A stretch of DNA of 64,000 nucleotides from Nitrospinota bacterium (GCA_016235255.1 JACRLM010000087.1:542-64541), one strand, 5' to 3'; positions 1 through 9,610 are shown, numbered from the stretch's first letter. Notes: generated by a model from the letters alone, not told the origin. Numbers and translations: made by a program.

Positions 1-382
1 GGCCGGGCGGGTGGATTCAAAATATTTTTCAGGGTCGCTAAATTGCCGCATTGCATGGGGAGAGCCTCCTTCAAGGTTGGCCCGCCGCGCCCGCTCAGGC
101 TCGATCAAGCTGGGATCGTATGACAGGGACCTGGATTTGATACGCATACATCCTGCGTTGGACAGCGATATGGTCCCCGGTTATTTCATTGAAATGGTGG
201 TCTATCACGAACTTCTGCATAAAAAACTGGGCTCAGGCATCGGGCCGGGGGGAAGGAGGACGCCCCATCACCCTGAATTCCGCAGGATGGAAAAACTTTT
301 CGGGGAATATGACGCTGCGATGGAATGGGAGAAAAACAACATCTCCAAATTGCTTCGCGCCAGGCAAAGGATGGTGAAATGA
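1..382 (+). CDS. YgjP/DUF45-like zinc metallohydrolase, C-terminal part (5' end lies outside window)
   Basis: Frame is open to the window start; HEXXH-type motif VVYHELLHKK followed by EFRRMEKLFGEYD resembles the DUF45 WLM-like C-terminus; stop TGA at 380-382. Confidence 0.5.
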   Translation, partial: AGRVDSKYFSGSLNCRIAWGEPPSRLARRARSGSIKLGSYDRDLDLIRIHPALDSDMVPGYFIEMVVYHELLHKKLGSGIGPGGRRTPHHPEFRRMEKLFGEYDAAMEWEKNNISKLLRARQRMVK

Positions 383-1056
383 TGAAGGAGGGGAAGCGCG
401 CCGGATTTGACATCGGCAAGGCCGTCGCAATTTTGCGGCGTGAGGTGAAAAGGTGGAAAACACCGATAGTCACCGAGTATTCGCAAAGCAGCCCCCATCC
501 GGCTTTCCATGTGCTTATAAGCTGCCTTTTGTCGCTTCGGACGAAAGACGAGCAGACGGCGGCGGCCTCGCGCGGGTTGTTCGCCGTGGCGGACACGCCG
601 GAGAAAATGCGGACGCTGCCGGTGGAGAAAATCGAGAAACTCATCTATCCAGTGGGATTTTACAGGGTGAAGGCGCGGACGATCATTGAAGTGTGCGGCG
701 CGATTATGGAAAGATTCGGCGGCGAGGTTCCTTCGGAAATAGACGAACTGCTCACGTTGAAAGGAGTTGGGCGCAAGACGGCCAACTTGGTGGCGACGCT
801 CGGTTTTAACAAGCCAGGCATATGCGTGGACACGCATGTGCATAGGATTTGCAACATATGGGGCTATGTGAAGACCAAAACGCCGGACAAGACGGAATTT
901 GCGTTGCGCGAAAAATTGCCGGAACGATACTGGATTGAGTTTAACGACCTGCTGGTGACGTTCGGCCAGAACCTTTGCAAACCTGTGTCGCCGATATGCT
1001 CGCAATGCAAGCTGGACACGATGTGCCCGAAGATAGGAGTTGGGAAGAGGAGATGA
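379..1056 (+). CDS. nth: Endonuclease III (HhH-GPD base-excision glycosylase with 4Fe-4S cluster loop)
   Basis: HhH motif LLTLKGVGRKTANLV; C-terminal CX6CX2CX5C (CKPVSPICSQCKLDTMC); ATG at 379 overlaps the upstream stop (ATGA). Confidence 0.85.
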   Translation: MMKEGKRAGFDIGKAVAILRREVKRWKTPIVTEYSQSSPHPAFHVLISCLLSLRTKDEQTAAASRGLFAVADTPEKMRTLPVEKIEKLIYPVGFYRVKARTIIEVCGAIMERFGGEVPSEIDELLTLKGVGRKTANLVATLGFNKPGICVDTHVHRICNIWGYVKTKTPDKTEFALREKLPERYWIEFNDLLVTFGQNLCKPVSPICSQCKLDTMCPKIGVGKRR

Positions 1057-1087
1057 GTATTGATTCAGGCTTGGATAACGTTTGACG

Positions 1088-1327
1088 CTATTTTTTTCGC
1101 CGGACCGTCAGTTTCTTGAATTCGTTTTTGGGCATGTCGATATCGCGAAGTATTTTGGAAAACAGTCCATGCCCTATGGTTTCGCCCCCATGAACCGGTA
1201 TCACAGTGGCTCTTCCATTGGAATGTGCCAGAAAGACGTGGCTTCCTTTCTGCCTGATGATTTGATAGCCAAGACCGCAAAGAATCTTTATGACATCCGC
1301 GCCCTTGAGCGCCGGCATATCACTCAT
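1088..1327 (-). CDS. hicA: HicA family mRNA interferase toxin
   Basis: 79 aa; KGADVIKILCGLGYQIIRQKGSHVFLAH is typical of the HicA/YcfA dsRBD fold; 4-nt overlap with the upstream hicB. Confidence 0.7.
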   Translation of the reverse strand: MSDMPALKGADVIKILCGLGYQIIRQKGSHVFLAHSNGRATVIPVHGGETIGHGLFSKILRDIDMPKNEFKKLTVRRKK

Positions 1328-1536
1328 ACCGCGATTCTTTGAACGCCTATAAGGTTAGTCTGGGGGAACTTTGTCTTGTTAGCATCAAGGTAAAGCGAAA
1401 CCGCTTCTTTTGTCCTTTTTAGCAGGACATCCATTGATTTGGCTTGGGTGTGGCAACCGGGCAGCGATGGAACGTCGGCCACAAAATATCCATCCTCGTC
1501 CTGCTCGATGACAATCGTAAATTCCCGCTTTCTCAT
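1324..1536 (-). CDS. hicB: HicB family antitoxin (UPF0150 fold)
   Basis: MRKREFTIVIEQDEDGYFVADVPSLPGCHTQAKSMDVLLKRTKEAVSLYL; GGAG RBS 6 nt before this ATG; the 162-aa annotated ORF is an N-terminal over-extension. Confidence 0.65.
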   Translation of the reverse strand: MRKREFTIVIEQDEDGYFVADVPSLPGCHTQAKSMDVLLKRTKEAVSLYLDANKTKFPQTNLIGVQRIAV

Positions 1537-1643
1537 GATTTGCTCCGATAATGATCGGTATTTTATCATCGGGAGGAGAATTAGAAAGCGGTTTTTAACA
1601 AAAAAAGCCCCCGCTCCATGGCGGGGGCCGATGAATCGAAGAG

Positions 1644-2120
1644 TTAAACAAACAGCGATATGTTGGCGTCCGAAGCGTAATCCAGGTACATCGCGGCGCC
1701 GCCGACTTCCACACCGTCCACCAAATCTTCCTTTTTTATCCCCATCACGTCCATGGTCATCTGGCAGGCGATCATTTTGACCCCTGCCTTCATGCAAGTG
1801 TCTATGAACCACGGAATTGATTTTACGTTCGCCTTGCCCATCCAGCTGTTCATCATGGCGGTGGCCATCATGGTCATGCCGGGAAGGACGCCGATGATGT
1901 TTGGCACCGGCATCGGCGCGGCGGGATTGGCCAAGGGGGCCACTTTAAGGTTCTGGTATTTGTTCTTGTTGACAATGTCCAGGCCATAGAAAGTGAAGAA
2001 GATGCACGCCTCCATGTCCAGCGCCACGGCGGTGCTGGCGAGAATCAGCGGCGGATACGCCATGTCCAGCGTCCCTTTGGATGCGATAATCGCAATCCTC
2101 TTGGGCTTTTGATCAGCCAT
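1644..2120 (-). CDS. DsrE/DsrF-like sulfur-relay family protein
   Basis: 158 aa, peroxiredoxin-like DsrE fold pattern (IIASKGTLDMAYPPLILASTA); adjacent to tusA. Confidence 0.65.
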   Translation of the reverse strand: MADQKPKRIAIIASKGTLDMAYPPLILASTAVALDMEACIFFTFYGLDIVNKNKYQNLKVAPLANPAAPMPVPNIIGVLPGMTMMATAMMNSWMGKANVKSIPWFIDTCMKAGVKMIACQMTMDVMGIKKEDLVDGVEVGGAAMYLDYASDANISLFV

Positions 2121-2143
2121 TGTAAAGCTCCCCCCTTTTTAAA

Positions 2144-2371
2144 TTAAGCTCTCTTGATGAAAAACTGGTAAACACCGCCGGTCTCGGATGATCCGACTAT
2201 GGGATTGCCAGTCCTTTTGGACCAGGCGGCCATGTCGTTCACCGATCCGGGGTCGGTGGCCAAAACTTCCAGAACCTGGCCAGACGATAAGCTGTTGATG
2301 GCCATTTTGGTGTGCAAAATAGGTTCCGGGCAGGAAAGCCCTTTGCAATCAATGCATTTGTCCGCGTTCAT
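2144..2371 (-). CDS. tusA: TusA-like sulfurtransferase
   Basis: 75 aa with the canonical CPxP motif (DCKGLSCPEP). Confidence 0.75.
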   Translation of the reverse strand: MNADKCIDCKGLSCPEPILHTKMAINSLSSGQVLEVLATDPGSVNDMAAWSKRTGNPIVGSSETGGVYQFFIKRA

Positions 2372-2578
2372 GCTGTTTTCCTTCTCTTGGCTTTATAATT
2401 TTTCCGGGCATAGCGCCCTACGTTTTTATTATCCGGCCGCCTCAGATCCCAGTAAAGCTAAAACTACCGGCTAACAATGGGATGGAACTATATACCTCAC
2501 CCTTCAATGAGATAACCTTTTCCCGAAATGGATTCACACTTTATTGAATAAAGAGACGGAGGGAAAGTGTGACGGGTA

Positions 2579-3034
2579 TCAGACTCCGGCGACGGGGGCT
2601 GACATCGGATTGGTAAGAATCTTGTGCTTGGTTCCGTAGCCAGATTCGTTGTTTACCACCTGCCGGGCAAGCATGCTTTTTTTATTGATGATGATCGGCC
2701 CCTGGAGGTTGGCGGTCATGTCATACGGGTCTTCCGGGATAGTGACTATCGCCTTTATCTCCAGTTCGTCCGGCCCGGCGGCTGACAGGCTTGCCACATC
2801 GTACTCGGAAAGGTTGACCGAGTAGCCGGGAACGAAAATATATGGATCTATTATTATGAAACCGAGTTCCGGCGAGTCCACCGCCTGCAGAAGGCGAAGC
2901 GGCGAGGAGTCCCCAAGGAAATCCAGTTCCACATACCTTTTCTGGTCGGGAAAGCCGATGATCCCGTCCGTGAAGGTTATGATGGAGGCTGGGTTTATCT
3001 CCACATCCCCCATGCGGGCCGATTTTATTTTCAT
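2579..3034 (-). CDS. fliW: Flagellar assembly factor FliW
   Basis: 151 aa, DUF180/FliW pattern (ITFTDGIIGFPDQKRYVELDF...IIIDPY); directly downstream of csrA and flgKL. Confidence 0.8.
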   Translation of the reverse strand: MKIKSARMGDVEINPASIITFTDGIIGFPDQKRYVELDFLGDSSPLRLLQAVDSPELGFIIIDPYIFVPGYSVNLSEYDVASLSAAGPDELEIKAIVTIPEDPYDMTANLQGPIIINKKSMLARQVVNNESGYGTKHKILTNPMSAPVAGV

Positions 3035-3288
3035 TATTTTGTTTCCCCTTCACCAGCCGGCCTGGAAGGGAACATCCCAGCGAGTTTTTTCAGGTCCACC
3101 GCCTTTAGGAAAGCGGCCCGCTGGTTTTCCTCCTGTATCTTTGCGTAAACCTCTTCGCGGTGTATCGTCATGTCCGCCGGCGCTTCGATGCCAAGCCGGA
3201 CCTGCCTTCCTTTTATGTCTATCACCGATATCTTGATGTTGTCCCCGATAGTGACGGACTCTCCCAGCTTTCTGGTCAACACCAGCAT
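3034..3288 (-). CDS. csrA: Carbon storage regulator CsrA
   Basis: [47 protein letters not shown] is a textbook CsrA sequence; GGAGGG RBS. Confidence 0.9.
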   Translation of the reverse strand: MLVLTRKLGESVTIGDNIKISVIDIKGRQVRLGIEAPADMTIHREEVYAKIQEENQRAAFLKAVDLKKLAGMFPSRPAGEGETK

Positions 3289-3348
3289 TTGAAACCCTCC
3301 ATGGTTTACCGTCCTTTCCGGACACCGGCGATGAGCGGCCGGGCCGCG

Positions 3349-4878
3349 TCATCTCAGGAAGTCCAGCAAACTGGGCTGTACGATGGACGAAGACGATTTA
3401 AGCGTCGCCTGATAGGCCGTCTGCAGCATCGCCAGTTCGCTGGCGGCCTGCAGGAAATCGGCGTCTTCCACCTGTGATTTAAGCTTCGTGTTATCGTATT
3501 TCGATTGGTCCACCGCTTCCCTGGTGGATACCACCTGGTTCGCCCTGGCTCCAACCGTGCCCCTGACGGAGTTTGTATTTTCCATCGTGGAGTCCAAAAG
3601 ACCCACTGCGCCCAGTATAGCCGACGTATCATTGGCTTTCAACGCCGCCGAGAACATTTGCAGCACAGGTATGATGTTCCTGCCCCCGCCGACGCCGAGC
3701 ATGTCCGCGGTCTTGCCCGACCCTGTGTCTGTGGCGTAGGCCACGGTGAGCGGATTGGTGGAAGTTATTGAAAGCCTGTTGCCGGAGGCGGATATGGACG
3801 CGGTCAGGTTGATGCCCGCGCCGGCCGCGTTGATGGCGTTCAGGACGTCCTGGACGGTTGTGGCCCCGGCGAAAGACATAGTTGCCGAAGCGCCGCCGTT
3901 GAATAGTTTTATGTCGTCAAGCGGCAGGCCGGTCCCTCCGTACAGGCTTGAAAGCAGGGTTGTCCCGGTCACATTCGGATTCAAGTCGGTGCCGGTGAAC
4001 ACGCTTGTGTTGCGCGATCCTTCAATGCCCAGCGCCCGGGCCGTCCCGGCGCCGCCGTCGGTGATGCTCAAGGCCTGGATGGGATTGGCGTTGTTGTCCG
4101 TGAGGACCAGCGCCGAGCCGTCCGCCGACAGCGAGGCTGTGACGTTCAAACCTGTGGCGTTGATGGCGGCGAGCAGGCCGTTCACATCGGTTATGGGGCC
4201 TGCCGTGGTGTCCACCACCGCCGAGGCTCCGAGCCTGTTTGTTATGGTGAAAGTTCCGCCCGGGACGCCGGTCCCGCCGTTGAGGCTGGCCAGCGTTGTG
4301 GCCCCGGCCACGTTTGACATCGCGGGGCTCATGTCCGCGGTCAGGAATTCGGACGCCTTGACTGATATAGGAATCGTGGTTCCGACATTTATTTCCGCCC
4401 GCAGATCCTTTTGAGATCCCACATAGTTGCCGTTGGCGTCTATGGCCTGCTGGTCGGAGCGCTGTCCGGAGAATATGTACCTGTCGCCGACCCTCGTGTT
4501 TCCGTACTGGATCATCTGCTGGATCATGGCGTCGATGGTGGTGGCCGCGTTGATCCGGGTCTGGGCGTTGGCCACGCCGCCGGACTGCTGGAGCGCCAGT
4601 TCCTTCGCGCTTTTAAGCTGGTCGTGGGCGGAGCCTGTGATGGAATCCGCCGTGTTCAGGTAGGAGTCGGCGTTGTCCATCACGCGCAGATACTGGTCTG
4701 TCTTGCCTATGTTGGTGCGGAACTGGAGGACCTCCATCATCCCGATGGGATCGTCGCTGGGCCTGTTGATCCTTTTGCCCGAGGAAAGCTGCTCCTGAGC
4801 GGCCATCATTCCCGCGTTGTTGCGGAAGGCGTTGAACAGGGTGCTGTTGTACATCATCCTGTTTGTTATCCTGAACAT
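3349..4878 (-). CDS. flgL: Flagellar hook-associated protein 3 FlgL
   Basis: Flagellin-like N-terminus (MFRITNRMMYNSTL...GKRINRPSDDP) and C-terminus; follows flgK. Confidence 0.85.
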   Translation of the reverse strand: MFRITNRMMYNSTLFNAFRNNAGMMAAQEQLSSGKRINRPSDDPIGMMEVLQFRTNIGKTDQYLRVMDNADSYLNTADSITGSAHDQLKSAKELALQQSGGVANAQTRINAATTIDAMIQQMIQYGNTRVGDRYIFSGQRSDQQAIDANGNYVGSQKDLRAEINVGTTIPISVKASEFLTADMSPAMSNVAGATTLASLNGGTGVPGGTFTITNRLGASAVVDTTAGPITDVNGLLAAINATGLNVTASLSADGSALVLTDNNANPIQALSITDGGAGTARALGIEGSRNTSVFTGTDLNPNVTGTTLLSSLYGGTGLPLDDIKLFNGGASATMSFAGATTVQDVLNAINAAGAGINLTASISASGNRLSITSTNPLTVAYATDTGSGKTADMLGVGGGRNIIPVLQMFSAALKANDTSAILGAVGLLDSTMENTNSVRGTVGARANQVVSTREAVDQSKYDNTKLKSQVEDADFLQAASELAMLQTAYQATLKSSSSIVQPSLLDFLR

Positions 4879-4913
4879 CTTATTCCTCCCTTATCGTCCG
4901 GCGCGCCGCATTA

Positions 4914-6608
4914 TCAGGCGCCCAGTCCAAGCAACGTCTGCAACAGTTCGTCACTCACGCTCACCAGCCTTGCGGCGGCCTGGTATGCGTGCTGAAACTT
5001 GACCAGGTTCATCATCTCCTCGTCCAAGGCCACGCCCCCCACCTGTTCGCGCCTCCTCTCTATCTCCGTGTTTATCCCCTCCTGCTGGGTGTATGAGGCG
5101 GAGGCGACCTTCGCCGAAACGCCCACAAGGCCCACCATGGAATTGTAGTAGTTGGCGAAAGTTGCGGTGCCGCTGGTGGCCAGCGAAGAGCGGTTCATGC
5201 TCATGGAATTTTGCGACTGGGCCAGCAAAAGCGCGTTGTCGCCGTCCCCCTGGCTTGTGGTCAGGCCGGCGGCGATCTTGTTTGTGTCCGATATTATGTT
5301 CTGGTGGACGGCCATGGCAAGCGATGCGTTGGCCGCGGGATTCACCGTGAATTTGTCGTTGGCGGCGGCGGCCCCGTTGAGCGCCACATTCATCCCCTGC
5401 CCAAGCAGCCATGCGCTCGTCTGCGGCCCGCCGGCGTACGCTTCGGTGGCCACCACGGTGTTCGTGGTCATGTCCCGGACGTTGTATGAGTTGGCGGCGG
5501 TGAATTCTATCTGGAACTTATGGACGTTAAGCTTGTCTGGCGCCACGATGGAGGCGGCCACGGTGGCCGCGCCGGTGTTGGCGCTGTTGGCGGTGGCCAC
5601 GATGTTAAGCCCGGAGAAGAAGTCCTGGCCGGTGGTCCCGTCCAGGCCGTACCCGGCGGAGTGGACGTTGTTCAAGTCCCGGATCATTGTGGCGGCAAGC
5701 TGGTCGAGCTTGTCCATATATCCCTTGAACTCGGTGTCGCGCATGCCGATCCACGCGCCCATGTTCCCGTTGGAAAACTCGCTGGTGGTGTTGTACTGGA
5801 CCCCGGAGGTGTCCCGCCACATGATGTCGGCAGCCTGGGGATCGTCGGGCCTGGTCCGCGATGAGAGCTGGAAAGCGGTCTGGCCGATCACAAGCGAGCG
5901 GCCGTTTGTCAGCATCACCGAAATCTGGTTTGTGCTCGCGTCTTCCACGGAGTTCACCTGGACATACTGGGACAGGTCGCGCACGAGAGCGTCGCGCTTG
6001 TCCCGAAAGTCGTTGGCGTTCACGCCGTTGGACTCCGATTCGTGGATGACCTGGTTGTATGTGGCTATTTCTCCGGTGATGCGGTTGATTTCGTCCAGCG
6101 ACGAGGTGATTTTTGTGTTCAGGTCGGTCCTCAGGTTTTTCATGTCCTGGTTGAGCTTGTTGAAAACGCCCGACAGGTTCCTTCCCTGCGCCACCACGTC
6201 CGTGCGTTCGGTAAGCCCGCGCGGATTGAAGGCCAGGTCCTGCCAGCTTTTGAAGAAGCTGTCCAGCCGCCCGTTGAGCCCGTAAGTGCCGGACTCGTTG
6301 AATATCACTTCCATCCGCGAAAGGAAGTCCTGCTTCGAGTCCCAAAAACCGGCGTCCGACCGGCTCAAAGTCCTTTGCGATTCCAAAAACTGGTCGAACC
6401 GCCTGATTATGGCGGTGGCCCGCACGCCGGTGCCGATCATTCCAGGCGAACCGCCGGGCTTTATCGGGAACGCCGCTTCCAGCGTCACTTCCTGCTTCGT
6501 ATAATTGGGGTTGTTCACGTTGGAGATGTTCTGCCCCGTCACCTCCAGCGAAAGCTGGTGGGTGATGAGGGCCATCTTGGCCGTGTTCATCGTTCCATAT
6601 ATAGACAT
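4914..6608 (-). CDS. flgK: Flagellar hook-associated protein 1 FlgK
   Basis: MSIYGTMNTAKMALITHQLSLEVTGQNISNVNNPNYTKQEV and a C-terminal rod/hook-type domain. Confidence 0.9.
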   Translation of the reverse strand: MSIYGTMNTAKMALITHQLSLEVTGQNISNVNNPNYTKQEVTLEAAFPIKPGGSPGMIGTGVRATAIIRRFDQFLESQRTLSRSDAGFWDSKQDFLSRMEVIFNESGTYGLNGRLDSFFKSWQDLAFNPRGLTERTDVVAQGRNLSGVFNKLNQDMKNLRTDLNTKITSSLDEINRITGEIATYNQVIHESESNGVNANDFRDKRDALVRDLSQYVQVNSVEDASTNQISVMLTNGRSLVIGQTAFQLSSRTRPDDPQAADIMWRDTSGVQYNTTSEFSNGNMGAWIGMRDTEFKGYMDKLDQLAATMIRDLNNVHSAGYGLDGTTGQDFFSGLNIVATANSANTGAATVAASIVAPDKLNVHKFQIEFTAANSYNVRDMTTNTVVATEAYAGGPQTSAWLLGQGMNVALNGAAAANDKFTVNPAANASLAMAVHQNIISDTNKIAAGLTTSQGDGDNALLLAQSQNSMSMNRSSLATSGTATFANYYNSMVGLVGVSAKVASASYTQQEGINTEIERRREQVGGVALDEEMMNLVKFQHAYQAAARLVSVSDELLQTLLGLGA

Positions 6609-6619
6609 GGCCGGCTCCT

Positions 6620-7126
6620 TTACAGGGTCCTGCTGACCACTTTACCGGGTTTCAAGGCGACCCGGACAGTGGAGCCCTTGTGATACGTGGATTCCGGCGC
6701 CAGCAATTCCTGCAGATTGGCCGCCGCGGCATAGTTGAGCTTCATCAGTTTTTCAATGAAACCACGGTTGAACTCGTTCTTCTCCGTCACGGAGTCCACC
6801 TTCTCTTTCAACCTGGTCTTCAATTCGACAATTTTTTCTTTCAGTCCCGCCCCGGCCACTTCCGCAAGCTTGCTCAAGGTTATTTGTTCGGGGGAAAGGC
6901 CCAGCCTTTTTGCAATCGCCTGGACCATTTTAATACGAGAGTCCTCGATCATTTTCAGACGCGACACAACCTCCATTTTCTTCTGTATGGCCGTGTCCAG
7001 CTTGTCCAGGGAATGGGCCTTAAGCGCCTCCAACTCGTCATGAAGAGCCGATTCCATCTCTGTGTACAGCTTTATGTTGCGCCGCACCAGATTGTCCAGG
7101 CTGTCCGTCAGTTCTTTCAGTTCCAT
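6620..7126 (-). CDS. flgN: Flagellar export chaperone FlgN-like protein
   Basis: 168 aa helical, leucine-heptad-rich protein immediately upstream of flgK (conserved position of flgN). Confidence 0.5.
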   Translation of the reverse strand: MELKELTDSLDNLVRRNIKLYTEMESALHDELEALKAHSLDKLDTAIQKKMEVVSRLKMIEDSRIKMVQAIAKRLGLSPEQITLSKLAEVAGAGLKEKIVELKTRLKEKVDSVTEKNEFNRGFIEKLMKLNYAAAANLQELLAPESTYHKGSTVRVALKPGKVVSRTL

Positions 7127-7233
7127 TTCTTTGTTCCGGAGTTGTTAGCTCTCTCCGCCTCCCATGTATTATCGGATTTTGCCGTGTGTCCCATTACAAC
7201 TATATATGTCTACATATTTCAATATGTTGCACA

Positions 7234-7665
7234 TCACTCCGCGACCTTCCCTGTCTGCTTATACGCCTTGCCGGCCTGGGTCTTTACCGCTCCCGAGGTT
7301 GCATCAGCGCTTTTACCAAGTTTTGCCGCCATCTGTTCCGCCAACGCTGTGGACATCGGTCCGTTTTGCGAAAAAGCCATTTTCCTGGACAATTCCTCGT
7401 CCATCAGTCCGGTGAAAATTTCTTCTCCATGCCCTCCGTCTATCAGGCTGCTTTTACCTATTGTCGAACGCATGGACTTCAACATTTGCCCCAGAAATAT
7501 AGACTCGAATTCCTTTGCCAAAACACCAAGCTTTTCCTTGTCGTTCATTGACTTTGAGCCGGATATGTTTCGCAACTGCTGCCCGCCGACTCCAGATTCC
7601 GGCTCCCGCATGAGCCGCCAATCCGCCGATCCAGAAAGTCCGGCCACTTTGCCGTCCATGTTCAT
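7234..7665 (-). CDS. flgJ: Rod-binding protein FlgJ (single domain, no muramidase domain)
   Basis: Rod_binding motif EFESIFLGQMLKSMR; 143 aa; located between flgI and flgN. Confidence 0.6.
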   Translation of the reverse strand: MNMDGKVAGLSGSADWRLMREPESGVGGQQLRNISGSKSMNDKEKLGVLAKEFESIFLGQMLKSMRSTIGKSSLIDGGHGEEIFTGLMDEELSRKMAFSQNGPMSTALAEQMAAKLGKSADATSGAVKTQAGKAYKQTGKVAE

Positions 7666-7725
7666 GGTTCCTTTCTTGCCAATAGGTAATGCAGAATAGG
7701 CGCCAAAAAACCAACACTAGCCATT

Positions 7726-8907
7726 TCAGATGATCTCCAACTGCGCCTTCAGAGCGCCGGATGACTTAAGTGTTTGAAATATAGCGATTAAATCGCGTGG
7801 AGCCACGCCAAGGGAGTTTAGCGCCTTCACCATGTCGCCAATGCTCACTCCCGGTTCCATCACCATCACGCGGTCAGATTTGCCTCCGATCTCTTCCACT
7901 GTGAGCAAAGTTTTCGGTACACTGACAGACTCTCCCGCCGGCAATGCCCTCCCCTGTCCTGCGGCGGACTTGTCTTCCACCCGGATGGAAAGGTTGCCAT
8001 GAGATATGGCGACTTTTGAAAGCCGGACGTTCTCGCCGACTACGATAGTTCCGGTCCGCTCGTCGAGGACCACTTTGGACTGGGTGTCTGTCTCTATGTC
8101 CAGCCCTTCAAGCTTGGCCACAAGCTCCACTTTTTTATCGGCGAAATCCTGCGGAATGGCCACGTCGATCGAACTGGAGTCCAGCGCCTTGGCCGAGTCC
8201 GGCCCGATGGCGGTGTTGATGGCGGTTACCGCCCTTTGCGTGGTGGTGAAATCGGGATAGTGCATGTTGAGGGTAAGCTTTGTGAGTTTGGAGAAATCGA
8301 ATCCCACCTCTTTTTCCACCATGCCGCCGCCGGTGATTTTCGCGACGGTGGGATGGCTTTTAGCGTCGTTGACCCTGCGGATCTTGTCGCCATAACCGCC
8401 TCCGACGGAAACGGCGCCTTGTGCCACGGCATAAACCTCGCCGTTGGCCGCTTTAAGCGGCGTTAAAAGCAGCGTCCCCCCCTGCAGGCTCTTTGCGTCG
8501 CCGAGGGAAGATACTGTCACGTCTATTTTGGCTCCCTGTCTTGAGAAGGGAGGCAGGTCCGCGGTCACCATCACTGCGGCCACGTTCTCCACCCGCACGT
8601 CGCGCAGCATCCTCACGTCGGACACGCCAACGCGGCTGTCGGTGAGCTGGCGGACGTCCACGGTGGTGCCGAGGCGTTCGAGCATGGAGAGTAAAGTCTG
8701 TATGGTGAAAGGGCTCTTGTACGACTTGTCGCCGGAATTGCGCAGGCCGACCACAAGCCCATAGCCGATCAGCTGGTTCGGGCGCACCCCCTCTATGGAG
8801 GCGATGTCCTTGAGCCTGGCGGCGGATGCTGTCTGCGGGGACGCCAGGAGCCCCATCGCGGCCATGAGCGCCGCCACAACCATGGTGAACCTTGCCGCTG
8901 ATTTCAT
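7726..8907 (-). CDS. flgI: Flagellar P-ring protein FlgI
   Basis: Signal peptide followed by RLKDIASIEGVRPNQLIGYGLVVGL, a canonical FlgI sequence. Confidence 0.9.
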   Translation of the reverse strand: MKSAARFTMVVAALMAAMGLLASPQTASAARLKDIASIEGVRPNQLIGYGLVVGLRNSGDKSYKSPFTIQTLLSMLERLGTTVDVRQLTDSRVGVSDVRMLRDVRVENVAAVMVTADLPPFSRQGAKIDVTVSSLGDAKSLQGGTLLLTPLKAANGEVYAVAQGAVSVGGGYGDKIRRVNDAKSHPTVAKITGGGMVEKEVGFDFSKLTKLTLNMHYPDFTTTQRAVTAINTAIGPDSAKALDSSSIDVAIPQDFADKKVELVAKLEGLDIETDTQSKVVLDERTGTIVVGENVRLSKVAISHGNLSIRVEDKSAAGQGRALPAGESVSVPKTLLTVEEIGGKSDRVMVMEPGVSIGDMVKALNSLGVAPRDLIAIFQTLKSSGALKAQLEII

Positions 8908-8926
8908 GATTTTCTCCTTTAAGCCT

Positions 8927-9610
8927 TTAGAAGGGCCATACCTTGTTCAACATCTTGCCGATAAATCCAGGCCCCTTGCCTCCGTCCATCCCGCCGGCCC
9001 CCGTGTATGATATGTCCGCGTTGGCCATCTGCGAGGAAAGGATGGTGTTGTTGTACTTTATGTCGTCCGGGCGCACCATGCCGCGCACCATGATGTATTG
9101 CTCTTCGTTATTGATGGTCATGCGCCGCTGCCCTTCCACCACCATGTTGCCGTTGCCCAAAACCTCCGTGACCACGCAAGATACCGTGGCGGAGAACTGG
9201 TCGGACCTGGAGGTCCCCCCGGTTCCCCTGAACTTCTTGCCGCCGCCAAGCTTTATGGAAGTCGGCGTCACGGCCCCGGTGTCCAGGGTGATGGAGTTGT
9301 TCAGGTCTGTCTGGTCGGTGGTGTCGGACTTGTTGAGGGCAGTGGTCTTTTCGATCACGTGCACCGTGACTATGTCGCCGATCCTGCTGGCCTTGTTGTC
9401 CGAGAAAAGGATGTTCTTCTTGTTGGCGCCCGGCCATAGCGAGCCGTTTTTGTATGACTGCTTTTCCGGTTCGATGTCCACCGCGGGCCGCGCCGGCGGC
9501 GCGGACGCGCATGATGTGATAGTCCCCGTGGCCATCACACCCAGCGCAATGAGCGCAAGTGCCTTCCTTAAGTTGCCAAGCATCGCCCTGTCTCCCATTT
9601 TAGAATTCAA
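8927..9610 (-). CDS. flgH: Flagellar L-ring lipoprotein FlgH
   Basis: Lipobox (TITSC) and FlgH core (DIVTVHVIEKTTALNKSD...). Confidence 0.85.
   Translation of the reverse strand: MNSKMGDRAMLGNLRKALALIALGVMATGTITSCASAPPARPAVDIEPEKQSYKNGSLWPGANKKNILFSDNKASRIGDIVTVHVIEKTTALNKSDTTDQTDLNNSITLDTGAVTPTSIKLGGGKKFRGTGGTSRSDQFSATVSCVVTEVLGNGNMVVEGQRRMTINNEEQYIMVRGMVRPDDIKYNNTILSSQMANADISYTGAGGMDGGKGPGFIGKMLNKVWPF

Noticed and set aside
5152-6285. 377-aa plus-strand ORF antisense to flgK. Similar long antisense ORFs lie at 6680-7699 (flgN/flgJ region), 11209-12144 (flgF), 19439-20476 (pgi), 21562-22725, 28440-29981 (gspL), 32811-34037 (gspF), 34328-35356 (gspE), 44488-45384, 45494-46459 and 48294-49214
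   Set aside because: Each lies entirely opposite a gene with strong family-level similarity (flagellar, T2SS, Pgi, PstS etc.). Their products are low-complexity Arg/Pro/Ala-rich strings typical of stop-codon-poor antisense frames in ~60% GC DNA.
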